This document shows positions 35,724 through 47,219 of a stretch of 64,000 nt of DNA, piece by piece. The first letter of the stretch is position 1. Every line of letters starts with the position of its first letter. The translations under genes and the position numbers were made by a program. The DNA lies in NCBI RefSeq assembly GCF_902713615.1, contig NW_024055498.1:4644554-4708553 (forward strand), written 5' to 3'. The notes below the pieces were generated by a model, which was given only the letters and a program-made list of their open reading frames with translations, was not told where the DNA came from and did not search any database. This stretch comes from Scyliorhinus canicula. Taxonomy: Eukaryota.

Positions 35724-36809
35724 TAACTTATCACGTTCCTTATTCACAACTGTTACCTTCCCTTTATGTTGAGCTCATGTTCCCTTTCTTGTGCCTGTCA
35801 CAGTTGTACATACATTTGGCAGCTCAGAGGGCATGTGTTCTCATCTCAGTGTGACCCTCAATCATTATGTTCCCTTTTGTTAACTTCAAAATAAGCGTTT
35901 GTGTAATATTTTCTCTGAATTTTTAATAAATATTGAATGAAAAATGAAGAAAATAAGACTTTGCTGAACTCCTTTCTCTCAGGTCCATCGGCACTGATCC
36001 TTTCTCCCCTTTCCCAGACAGATATTTCTCACCAGTCCTGTCTGGGATGTGTCTGAACTCAAGGCCCCTCGATGAAAGAGCCACTGCGCCACCCAGTGGC
36101 CCATCCGGTTAATGCCAACTTCGCCTCTGACTTTTTTTGGTAAACTCCAGAGACAGAATGCCAGCGAAAGAATTCCACAGATTCACTACCCTCTGATGGA
36201 AGAATGCTTCCTCGTCTCTGTCCTAAATTTGAGACTCCTTACTCTGAAATTATGCCCTCTGGTCCCAGACTCTCCCACAAGAGGAAACAAGATGATTTTT
36301 CAGGCAGTGTAACTGGTTGAAGCTCTTTCCACAGTCAGTTCACTGGAACACTCCCACTCAGGTGTGTGTGGGTCTCGGGGCTTTTCCCAGTCACACTGAT
36401 GTTTGAAATCTCTTCCCACAGTCAGAACAGACAAACACATTGACAGTTTGTGATATATAGGTCCTAATGAATTGAGTGAGTCTCAGATCTTGATGTTAGA
36501 TTTGGTTCGAGTTGGCAAGCTGCCAATCCTCCCGTTCTAATGCCTGAAATAGAAGTTTCCAAAAATGATCACTGCAAGAATAGGATAGAAATTCAAAATA
36601 GATCATTCTAGTTTCTATCGAACCTTCTTTCCTCTCTTGCTTTCCCAAGCATGTGGTCCAGTCAAAATAAAAGGACAAAATCAGCAAGTCCCAGCAAAAG
36701 TGTAGGGAACCTTCCTAACTGAACCAGAATGTCATAATATACATCTATGTATATAATGGAGTGCAGGCAGACAGTGGTTGACACACAGGATGACCAGTAA
36801 GCACACAGG

Positions 36810-39800
36810 TGATGGAACCATCAATTCACTAGACACGTGCTTTAAGATATGAACAGTGGTTTTAATCTACTTACTACAGAGCCAGCCTGTTACCCGTTGA
36901 ACTCTCGATGCACTGCAGGCTGGCTCTGGACAAGGGTATTTATACAGTAGTCCAGGAGAAGGCGTCGTGGGCGGAGCCAATGCTGGAGCCCTGTACAAAC
37001 TCCTGAGCATTCCCAACCCTACTCCCCCTCGTGGTTGGAAAACGCTACTGCGCTTACAATGGTATTGGTAAATACAGTGTGAATTACTAAGTTACATTCA
37101 CCACATTCATCCCCTGCACAAAAATCAAGTCCAGCGGGGGTGGTGGCCTACCAAGTAAGTCTGTCCGGTGGTCGAACTTCCCGCTGTGATCTGCAGAGCC
37201 CCGGGGTCGCAGCCTCTTGCGGAGGCTGGATGGGTGTTGTGTGCTGGGGTATGATGGCGGACTCCAGGGAGGGTTGTGTCCGAGCTTCATACTCTTCTGG
37301 TTCGACCACGGACTGGGGGCGCTGGGGGCTGGCCGGCATGGGTGCGCGGAACTGGTGGAGCGAACTCGAGCACTCGGGAGCGCGAGGGGGCGGCAGCATG
37401 GGGTGTAGGGTGAGAGGTCTTTCTGTGGGGGTAGAGGGGATGCTGGATCTGGCGGGTGCCAGATCCCGGAGGGATACCGTGTCCTGACGGCCGTCAGGGA
37501 ACTCGACGAATGCATACTGGGGGTTGGAGTGGAGCAGGCGCACCTTTTCAACAAGGGGTCGGTTTTGTGTGCCCTGATATGTTTCCTCAGAAGTACGGGG
37601 CCCGGCGTCCTCAGCCATGCCGGAAGTGAGACCCCCGTGGTAGTGCCCCTGGAAAAAATGAAGAGCCTCTCGTGAGGGGTCTGGTTGGTCGCCGTGCACA
37701 AAAGGGACCTAATAGCGTGGAGCGGGTCTGGGAGTACCTCCTGCCACTGGGAGACATGGACCTTTCTAGACCACAGGGTCAGTAGGACGGTCTTCTAGAC
37801 CGTCACGTTCTCCCTTTCTACCTGCCCGTTCCCCCTGGAGTTGTAGCTGGTAGTCCTGCTCGAGGCAATGCCCTTGACGAGCAGGAACAGAGGCAGCTCG
37901 TCGATCATGAAGGACGAACCCCGGTCGCTGTGTACGTAGCTGGGGGAACCAAACAGGATGAAGATGCTATGCAGAGCCCTATTGACTGTGTGGGAGGTCA
38001 TGGAGGTCACGCCCCGGACAGGCGCCGGAATGTGGCGACTAGGGGCTTTTCACAGTAACTTCATTGAAGCCTACTCGTGACAATAAGCGATTTTCATTTA
38101 ATTTCATTTCATTTTTCATTTCATTTCATTCATTTCATGTCGGGGCACGGGATAGCGAATGGGAAACGGGAGAACTCGTCTACAGCGTTTAAAAAGTAAA
38201 CATTCTTGTTAGTTGAGGGGTGCCCTTTGAAATCAATCGCGAGGCGTTCAAAGGGCCTAGAAGCCTTGACCAGGTGGGCCCTGTCTGGTCTATAGAAGTG
38301 TGGTTTGCACTCCGCACAGATCGGGCAGTCCCTGGTGACCGCTTTTACCTCCTCTTTGGAGAAAGGCAGGTTTCGGACCCTGATGTAGTGGGCGAGCCAT
38401 GTAACCCCCGGTGGCAGAGGTCATTGTGGATGACTTGTAATCGGTCGATCTGCGCGCTGGCGCATGTCCCGCAGGATAGGGCATCCGGAGGCTTGTTGAG
38501 CTTCCCGGGTCGATATCGTAATTATGTGCAGAGTTCGATCCTCCACCTCAGAATTTTGTCGTTTTTAATTTTGCCCCTTTGCGAGTTGTTGAACATGAAG
38601 GCAACCGATCTTTGGTCGGTGATGAGGTTAAACCTCCTATCTGCGAGGTAGTGCCTCCAGTGACGGATAGCCTCCACAATGGCTTGTGCTTCTTTCTCGA
38701 CAGAAGAGTGTCGGAGTTCTGAAGCGGAGAGGGTACGGGAGAAAAATGCAACTGGTTTCCCTGCCTGATTTAACGTGGCTGCAAGAGCGACCTCTGAGGC
38801 GTCGCTCTCTACCTGAAATGGAGTGCATTCAGCCACCGCCCACATGACCGCTTTGGCGATGTCCTCCTTGATGCCGTCGAAGGCCTGGCGTGCCTCGGCT
38901 GACAGGGGAAATCGTGTGGCCCTAAAGAGTGGGCGGGCTTTGTCCGCATATTGAGGGACCCACTGGGCGAGTAGGAAAAGAAGCCCAAGCACCGTTTGAG
39001 GGCCTTTGGGCAATGGGGGACGGGGAGTTCTAAGAGGGGCCGCATACGGTCCGGGTCTGGGCCCAGGACTCCGTTTTCCATGACTTAGCTGAGTATAGCT
39101 AGTCTGGTTGTGCGGAAAACGCATTTCTCCTTGTTGTACGTGAGATTCAGTTTCTGTGCCGTCTGGAGAAAACGGTGGAGGTTGGTGTCTTGGTCCTGCT
39201 GGTCATAGCCACAGATGGTGACATTGTCCAAGTACGGAAACGTGGCCCGCAGCCCGTACTGGTCCACCATTCGGTCCATTGCTTGTTGGAACACCGAGAC
39301 CCCATTAGTGACGCCGAAAGGGAGCCGGAGGAAATGGAAGAGGCGGCCATCGGCCTCTAATAACATGCAGTGGCGGTCCTCCGGGCGGATTAGGAGCTGG
39401 TGGTATGCAAACTTCAGATCCACCGTGGAAAAGAGCCGGTACTGGGCGATCTGGTTTACCATGTCTGTAATCCTGGGGAGGGGATACGCGTCGAGGAGCA
39501 TCAATCTATTTATGGTCTGACTGTATTCGACCACCATACGGAATTTGTCCCCGGTCTTAACGACCACCACCTGACCTCTGCTCTGACAAATACCCTATCC
39601 TGCAGGCTATACCGCCTGCTACGAGTGGCTACAGGTTTACAATGACTTAATTCCCTAGCCTTTCCCATCATCATCTTATGATGTAACCTCATTGGAGAGA
39701 CATTCCGTGCTTTGCCAGTCCAGATTGCTCATGTACAATGGAGAAAAAGTCTAAAAGTTAGGGTTAGGGTTAGAGTCCCAAGACACTTGCTTGTTGGTAT

Positions 39801-41610
39801 TTTTGTGAGATTGGCGAAGAGAGGAGGGGGATTCACAGCATAGCGAGGCTCCAGATCCTGAGTGGGGGCAGGGGCCCTCCGAAGCTGAGGGTGAGGCTCT
39901 TGAGGTGACATTGGAAGTCTAGGCTTAATAAGAGTGGCGTGCAGAGTTTGGGCAAAACGTAGAGTTTGAATTTCGAGTAGCTAGAGCCTCGGATTGTGAG
40001 TGTCGCAGTGGTGCGCCCCTGAATCTGGACCGAATGGGAGCCTGAAACGAGCGAGATAGTTTGCTACACGGGGAAAACTGGGAGCGAACAGCATCTTACC
40101 AGGTCTGGATGTATGAAGCTCTCCGTGCTCCCGGAGTCGAAGAGGCAAGGCGTTTTGTACCCGTTGATATGGACCTCTGCCATCGAGTTTTGTAGATTCT
40201 TTGGTCGTGATTGGTCCAGAGTGACCGCGCTGAGTTGCGGGTAGTCGGCGGCTCAATCAACTGTGCTGGAGTGGCCCCTTGATGACTGCCCTCTGAGTTC
40301 ATAGTCGAATTCGAATTCTTCCACAGAGTTCTCCGAGCGCGGAGATGCCGATCGGGCCCGTGGATCGCATGTGGCGGGCGGCGAGGAAGATGGCGTCCAA
40401 GATGGCGGCCCCCATGAGTGGCACGTGGCCTGCCACGTGGTGGAGGTTTTCCAAGATGGCGGCCCCCACGGATCGCACGTGGCTGGAGGGGGCGGAGTCG
40501 GGGCATAGGCTGCAGCGTTTCGGGCCCCGCTGTCCTGCGAATGAGGGGAGCGATTACTTTGAGTCGCTGGGGAGTTGCAAGCTGGGGCCCTTTTAGCAAG
40601 GCACACTCTTGCGTAATGGCCTTTTCGCCCGCAGCTGCTGCAAGTCGCGTTGCGGGCCTGGCAGTGCTGCGCAGGTGCTGGTTCTGACCACAGAAATGGC
40701 AGGCTGGAGCAGCGTAGTGGCTGGGCGACCGTGTAGCACAGGCCTGGGGGAGTCGCAGGTCGGGGGCCCATGATTGGGTCGCGGGGTCCGCGGGGAACGA
40801 GTTAAGGCTGCGGAAGGAGACCCCCATCGTGGGCCCCCTTTTCCAGCAGTCCTTGGCGCACATAGTTAGACTTGAGGCCCACTACAAAAACATCGTGTAC
40901 CGCACAGTTCCTGTGTTCAGCTGCGCTAGCCGCTTGGTAATTATAGTCATTGGACAAATTATTGAGTTCCGTTAGAAATTCGGTGAGTGATTATGTAGGC
41001 CGCTGGCAGCGAGTTGTGAACATTTGGTGAGCGTAAACTTCATTAATAGGCCTTACATAAATTTTATCGAGAACTGATAGCACCGCAGTATATGAACTGG
41101 CCGAGTTTAGTTGCGTAGAGATTCTGTGGCTCACTCTCACGTGCAGTAGACTTAGCTTCTGATCCTCAGTCGTTTCGGCTGTGCTCGCTTCTGCCAGGTA
41201 GGCCTTGAAGCACCGGATTCAGTGGGAGAAGATTTCTTTAGCCTCTGCATCCTGCGGGTCGAGTTCCAGGCGTCCAGGCTTGATCGTTACTGTTCTTAAG
41301 TCGATTAAATTGATGGAACCATCAATTCACCAGACACGTGTTTCCGATATGAATCTAGGCTTTAATCGACTTACTTCAAAACCAGCCTGTTACCCGTTGA
41401 TGAACACTTAGTGAACTCAGGCTGACGCTGGACAAGGGTATTTATACATCTGCATTAGGGGGAGGAGTCGTGGGCGGAGCCAAGGGTGGAGCCCAGTACA
41501 AGTTCCTGAGTACTCCCAGAGCTACTCCCCCTAGTGGTAGGATAGCGCTACTGCGCTTATAAAGACAGTGTGAATTATCATATATACATATATATATTAC
41601 ATTCACCACA
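36810..41610 (-). mobile_element. Ty3/Gypsy LTR retrotransposon, degenerate and possibly chimeric
   Basis: TG...CA LTRs at 41311-41610 and 36810-37105; polypurine tract at 37106-37115; gag/zinc knuckle (CHFC...CSSC), RT (YPLP, FPYLDNVTIC), RNase H (QVESDAS, LITDQRS), integrase (HSDRGSSF). SINE inserted at 38016-38138. Confidence 0.92.
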
Positions 41611-41906
41611 GTGTCCACTCGGATGTCGTGTTCATTCAACCAGAGGCAGACAGTCAACAAACCGGAAGACTGGCCTGCAGAAGCAGCGGGGTCAGTCTTG
41701 GAAATCAGCGAATGTCCTGGTACCGGCAGACTCCCGGTCAAGCTCTGCACTGGATACTTTCCTACTGTGGCGAAGGCAGCAAGCAGTACAATCCACAGTT
41801 TTCGGGACGCTTTACTGCTTCCAAAGACCTTTCAAAGAATATATTCGCTCTGGATATCAAGGGCTTGAGACCGGAAGGCAGCGCCATTTATTATTGTACG
41901 CGGGAC
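41611..41906 (+). pseudogene. Leaderless IgH-like V segment (candidate TCR-associated Ig-like V)
   Basis: VHSDVVFIQPEA...LAC...WYRQTPGQALHWIL...RFTASKDLSKNIFALDI...YYCTRD; acceptor replaced by the LTR end; FR1 is 3 aa shorter than the VH at 10.5 kb. Confidence 0.85.
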
Positions 41907-41945
41907 AACAGTGAGACAGATCAGAGGCATACTTGTACAAAAACT
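41907..41945 (+). promoter_or_regulatory. 23-RSS with mutated heptamer
   Basis: AACAGTG + 23 nt + ACAAAAACT; the first C of CAC is lost. Confidence 0.85.
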
Positions 41946-43089
41946 GTTCAAGTCCAAATCCAACAGTTTCCAAACCCAGTGTGTGTTTCCTTTCACCATT
42001 ACCTTATGTCTGCTTCTTGGCCCGGGACTTTCAGTTTCTTGGTCTCTGCTCAGCAAATCTTCGGCCAACAGTCCCAGTTTGGCCGTGTTCACTCCCTCAA
42101 GGCTTCTGATGATTTGTAACCTTCTATCAAATCATTATTTAACCTTCAATATAACGAACAGGCGAGCTCCAGTTTCACCAGCTTGTCTCCAGAAGCGACT
42201 TTCGTAACTGTTACTATTCCAGTAAATCTCTTCAGCACTCTCTAACATCCTCCATACATTTGTGTTCCCAGAACTCGGAACGATGCTGCAGATTTGAGTA
42301 ACCAATGTTTTCCAAAGTGTCACCACAACTTCTTTGCATTTGTAGTTGGCACAAAGTAGACAACATCTGATAGGGTTGAACATTAATCAGCAAAACCTAC
42401 AATTAAGATCTCCACTCTGTAATGGATACCATGAAACCGCTATCGATTTCCCTAACCACCCATCTAGTTTAAGGAAAGAGTTGACATGTGGATCAACCAG
42501 GGTCGAATGGCCTACTCCTGCTCATTTTCTATGCGAACAAGTCTAGCATGTGATGTTGGGCAGTATGGTGGCCCAATGGTTAGCACTGCTGCCTCCAGCG
42601 CTGAGGACGCGCGTTCGATCCCGGCTCAAATAATTGAGTACTTGAAATTCCGTTTTTAAAAATGTGATGTTTTATCAAGCATCATTGGCATGTGCGCATG
42701 CGCAGCATAAGCATGTATTCCTGCACTGTGAGATTAAGCTAACGCGCCAATAAAAAAATACGATTTAAAAAATGATATTTATTAGTGTCACAAGTAGGCT
42801 GACATGAACACTGCAATGAAGTTACTGTTAAAACCCCCTAGTCGCCACATTCCGGCGCCTGTTCGGGTACACTGAGGGAGAATTCAGAATGTCCTGGATC
42901 GGCATCTGAAGTGCTGCAAGCTGCAAGGCTACTGATCAAATGCTGGAAAGTGACTTTAAAATGACCGGCAATAACTAACATTCCAACTCCCAAAGCCTGC
43001 CCACAAGGAGCACATCGGAATTCCGATGGAATACTCTTCACTTGCTGGGATTAGCGCCATTTCAACAACACCCAAGATGCTCGACAAAA

Positions 43090-44450
43090 TCCAATTTGGT
43101 AATCATAGGCCAGTTTTCTTAACTTCGGTAGTAGGGAAGATGTTGGAATCTATCATCAAGGAAGAAATAGCGAGGCATCTGAATGGAAATTGGCCCATTG
43201 GGCAGACGCAGCATGGGTTCATAAAGGGCAAGTCGTGCCTAACTAATTTCGTTAATTTTTTTGAGGACATTACCAGTGCGGTAGGTAACTGGGAGCCAAT
43301 GGATGTGGTATACCTGGATTTCCAGAAAGCCGTTGACAAGGTGTCACACAAAAGGTTGCTGCATAAGATAAAGGTGCATGGCATTAAGGGTAAAGTAGTA
43401 GCATGGGTAGAGGGTTAGTTAATTACTAGAAAGCAAAGAGTGGGGATTAATAGGTGTTTCTCTGGTTGGCCATCATTAGCTAGTGGCGTCCCTCAGGGAT
43501 CAGTGTTGGGCCCACAATTGTTCACAATTTACATAGTTGATTTGGAGTTGGGGACAAAGGGCAATGTGTCCAAGTTTGCAGACGACACTAAGATGAGTGG
43601 TGAAGCAAAAAGTGCAGAGGATACCAAAAGTCTGCATGGGGATTTGGATAGGTTAAGTGAATGGGCTATGGTCTGGCAGATGGAATACAATGTTGGCAAA
43701 TAAGAGGGTATCAATTTTGTTGAAATAACAGCAAAAGGGAATATGATTTAAATGATAAAATATTAAAACATGCTGCTGTGCAGGGAGCCCTGCTAGTGGA
43801 TGAGTCGCAAAAAGTTGGATACAGGTGCAACAGGTGATAAAGAAGGCGAATGGAATTATGTCCTTCATTGCTAGAGGGATAGAGTTTAAGACTAGGGAGA
43901 TTATGCTGCAATTGTATAAGGTTTTAGTGAGGCCACACCTGGAGTATTCTGTTCAGTTTTGGCCTCCTTATCTGAGAAAGGACGTATTTGTGCTGGAGGG
44001 TGTGCAGAGGAGATTCACTAGGTTAATCCCAGAGCTGAAGGGGTTGGATTACGAGGAGAGGTTGAGTAGGCTGGGACTGTACTCGTCGGAATTTAGAAGG
44101 ATGAGGGGGATCTTATAGAAACATATAAAATTATGAAGGGAATAGATAGTATAGATGCGGGCAGGTTGTTTCCACTGGCCGGAGAAAGCAGAACTAGGGG
44201 CCATAGCCTCAAAATAAAGGGAAGTAGATTCAGGGCTGAGTTTAGGAGGAACTTCTTCACCCAAAGGTTTGTGGATCTATGGAATTCCTTGCCAAGTGAA
44301 GCAGTAGAGGCGCCTTCATTAAATATTTTTAAGATAACGATCGATAGTTTTTTGAAGAATAAGAGGATTAAGGGTTATGGTGATCCGGCCGGCAAGTGGA
44401 GCTGAATCCACAAAAGATCAGGTATGATCTCATTGAATGGCTGAGGAGGC
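43090..44450 (+). mobile_element. Degenerate CR1 LINE (RT region to 3' end)
   Basis: QHGFIKGKSCLTN, GVPQGSVLGP, KFADDTK, HLEYSVQFW across frameshifts. Confidence 0.9.
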
Positions 44451-44527
44451 TCGAGCGGCTGACTGGTCCTTTATCCAGTACCTTAAACATTCACTTCCTC
44501 CACCAGGAGTGTGTATTGGTTTAGCGT

Positions 44528-44735
44528 GTACCATCAGGGGCTGGTTTAGCTTGGGGCTGGTTTAGCTCACTCGGCTAAATCGCTGGCTTTTAAAGCAGAC
44601 CAAGCAGGCCAGCAGCACGGTTCAATTCCCGTACCAGCCTCCCCGGACAGGCGCCGGAATGTGGCGACTAGGGGCTTTTCACAGTAAATTAATTGAAGCC
44701 TACTCGTGACAATAAGCGATTTTCATTTCATTTCA
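44528..44735 (+). mobile_element. tRNA-derived SINE
   Basis: ggggctggtttagctc head, ggttcaattcc B-box, and (TTTCA)n tail. Confidence 0.7.
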
Positions 44736-45455
44736 CCTGCAAGGTTCACTGAAGCAACTCACCAAGTCTCATTTGATAATGCCTTGAATGCTGCAAACTC
44801 TACTTTCTGGAAAGACAAGAACAGCAGATACCCGGGGACATCCCCACTTGGAAGTTGCTCTCCCAAGTCATCATCCTGAAGTGGAAAAGTGTTGCCGTTA
44901 TTTGAAAATCCTGCAACACATTTCTGAATAGCACCGTGAGTCTAATAAATCACAGAGATCGTGACGGTTCAAAAAGGCAGCTTCACATAACCAGTTCATG
45001 GGTGATTATGAATCTCTGAGAGATAAAGCAACGTGTGTTGAAAAAGCAAAGAAAATGGCACCTGAGCCGTGAGGATAATCTGACTGGAGTCACCCATCCA
45101 TATTTCTATCCAGAAAATGAGGAAAGTTGGATCCTTGAGAACAAATTGACCGCGGTTAAAAATGATTGCATGAAGGTACCTGAGCTTCCGGATCACAATA
45201 ACCTGGCGCGGTTTCGAACGCACCCACTAGTCTTTAAACCCGGAACCATTCTCTCTGTGAACACAGTGGCTGGAACCCAGCTTCGGTTGTTTCTAATCAC
45301 TGCCAGCAGATAGGCACCGACCCTATCTGACGGCACCACTGGGGTCACAAAGAACCGACGTGACAAGCTCTTGACATCCACCAGCAGATTATTGAGGGCG
45401 GCGATTGGAAAGACTGTCTTCAAATATCCAGCTCCCCTTTTACAGAGCAGTGACA

Positions 45456-45495
45456 ATGTTCAGCCTCCTGGTTGTGTGGGGAGCATTACTGGCAG
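45456..45495 (+). CDS. TRDV: TCR V leader exon
   Basis: MFSLLVVWGALLA plus 1 nt; donor gtaat. Confidence 0.85.
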
Positions 45496-45602
45496 GTAAT
45501 TTTATAATGCATCCGTTTCATCGTTGCAATCATGTCCAGCCCATGGTTTGAATTAAATATTAAACATATGTTGTCCGATTTCGATACGTTTGTTTTTTCC
45601 AG

Positions 45603-45911
45603 ATCTGAGCCATGGAGATTCTGTCACTCAGCCTACCTCCTCGGAGGTTAAGACAGAAGGAGGAGGGGTGACTTTAAACTGTACCTATGATACTACTTTG
45701 AGCAGCTATAGCTTACTCTGGTACCGTCAACACCCAGCCACTCATCCCACATATATAATCAGGAAAGATTCTGGTGGTTATGAAGACAAAGCAGGTTTTG
45801 CTAAAGATCGTTTCTCTGTAGATCTCCAGACATCGAAGAAATTCATCAGTTTAACTATATCGAGGCTGACGCTGACTGACGCTGCCGTGTATTATTGCAC
45901 TTTCTGGAATA
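45603..45911 (+). CDS. TRDV: TCR alpha/delta-type V exon, intact
   Basis: DLSHGDSVTQPTSSEVKTEGGGVTLNCTY...LLWYRQHP...KDRFSVDLQTSKKFISLTISRLTLTDAAVYYCTFWN. Alpha versus delta usage cannot be told from germline sequence. Confidence 0.85.
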
Positions 45912-45950
45912 CACAGTGATATGAAACAGCCTCATCCCAGTACAAAAACT
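45912..45950 (+). promoter_or_regulatory. 23-RSS, near consensus
   Basis: CACAGTG + 23 nt + ACAAAAACT. Confidence 0.95.
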
Positions 45951-47219
45951 ATGGGTGGAAACTGCAGTCTGTTGAAGCATGTTGAGGATCGCGGTCTGCT
46001 GCAGCTAAATGAGCTGTCAACCACTCAGACACACAGAGAGGAAACCACATCAACTTCCCATCAAACTGTCAACTAACTGTATCCAGAATGGGCTGAGAAA
46101 ACAAACTGATGAACCCAATCCGATGAACCGATATATCAGAGAATCATAATTTATTAGATTTGCTCCAATCCCCACTCTTTCTAACCTGCTGCGGTGTGAG
46201 ACTGGCCTGTGGTGAGCTGAATGTCACTGAATGTCCATTACGAACTGTGCTACTATTTCCTTGCTGACGAGATTGTGACGCTGTTGGCGTCGGGAGAGCG
46301 ATTGGCATCGCCATCTGTTAATTATCAACAGCAAACCAATGTTCATGGAGAAGAAATATTCTGCAGCATTCGGGAGACATCCTGAAGCACCATGGACATT
46401 GAGGGAATTCTATTCTTGGCTATGTTTTAAAAATATATATTTATTCAAGCAAAAGTTTCATTGTAACCAACAAAACTACCTGTACTGCAAGCATTTCATT
46501 ATAACAAACAAACCCACCAACATTACAACCCTAATGCCAACCTATTCCTAAACTACAACCTGCCCCAACCACAGTCTTAGAATAAGAGGTAGGAAATTTA
46601 AAACAGAGTTGAGGGGAAACTACTTCTCCCAAAGGGTTGTGAATCTGAAATTCGGTACTCCACATTGCGGTGGATGCTGGTACAGTGAGTACATTTAAGA
46701 TGGCGTTAGACAGATTTTTAATTGGTAATGTGTTGAATGGTTATGGAAAACGGGCTGAATGGTGGAGTCAAGGCCAAAATTGGAATAGCCATGATTGAAT
46801 GTTCCTGTGGTATGGATGCCACCACCACTGACAGCATTTGCTACCCATCCCTAATTGCCATTGAACTGGATGGTCTATTCGGCTTTTCCAGAGGGCATTG
46901 TGTAAACCACATTGCTAGTTGTCAGTCTGGAATCACAAGTATGCCAGGCCAGGAAGAATGGCAGATTTATTCCCTAACGGACAGTGACGAAGCAGCTTGT
47001 TATTTGCAACACTCAATGCTAATCACGTGCTCCCATGACAGAGGCTGCCTTTCATTACCTAAATTCAATTCCACAAGCTGCCATGATCGGATCTGAATCA
47101 GTGTTCCAGAACATTAGCCTGGCTTTAGATTATTTGCCAGTGGCACTACACCTCCTTCTTCCGCGCGAACATTGTTTAATTATTAAAATACTTCACGACA
47201 TCATGACGAGCTTTATACT

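Noticed and set aside
41607-41613. Perfect CACAGTG created at the LTR/V junction
   Set aside because: No nonamer at 12 or 23 nt; a chance product of the LTR's CA end and the exon's GTG start.
42693-42704. TGCGCATGCGCA (NRF1-type palindrome)
   Set aside because: Isolated motif between SINE fragments with no associated gene start.
45456-45950. TCR V as a NAR-TCR supporting V-delta
   Set aside because: It has its own leader exon, no CDR1 Cys, and no NAR V-D-J immediately upstream.
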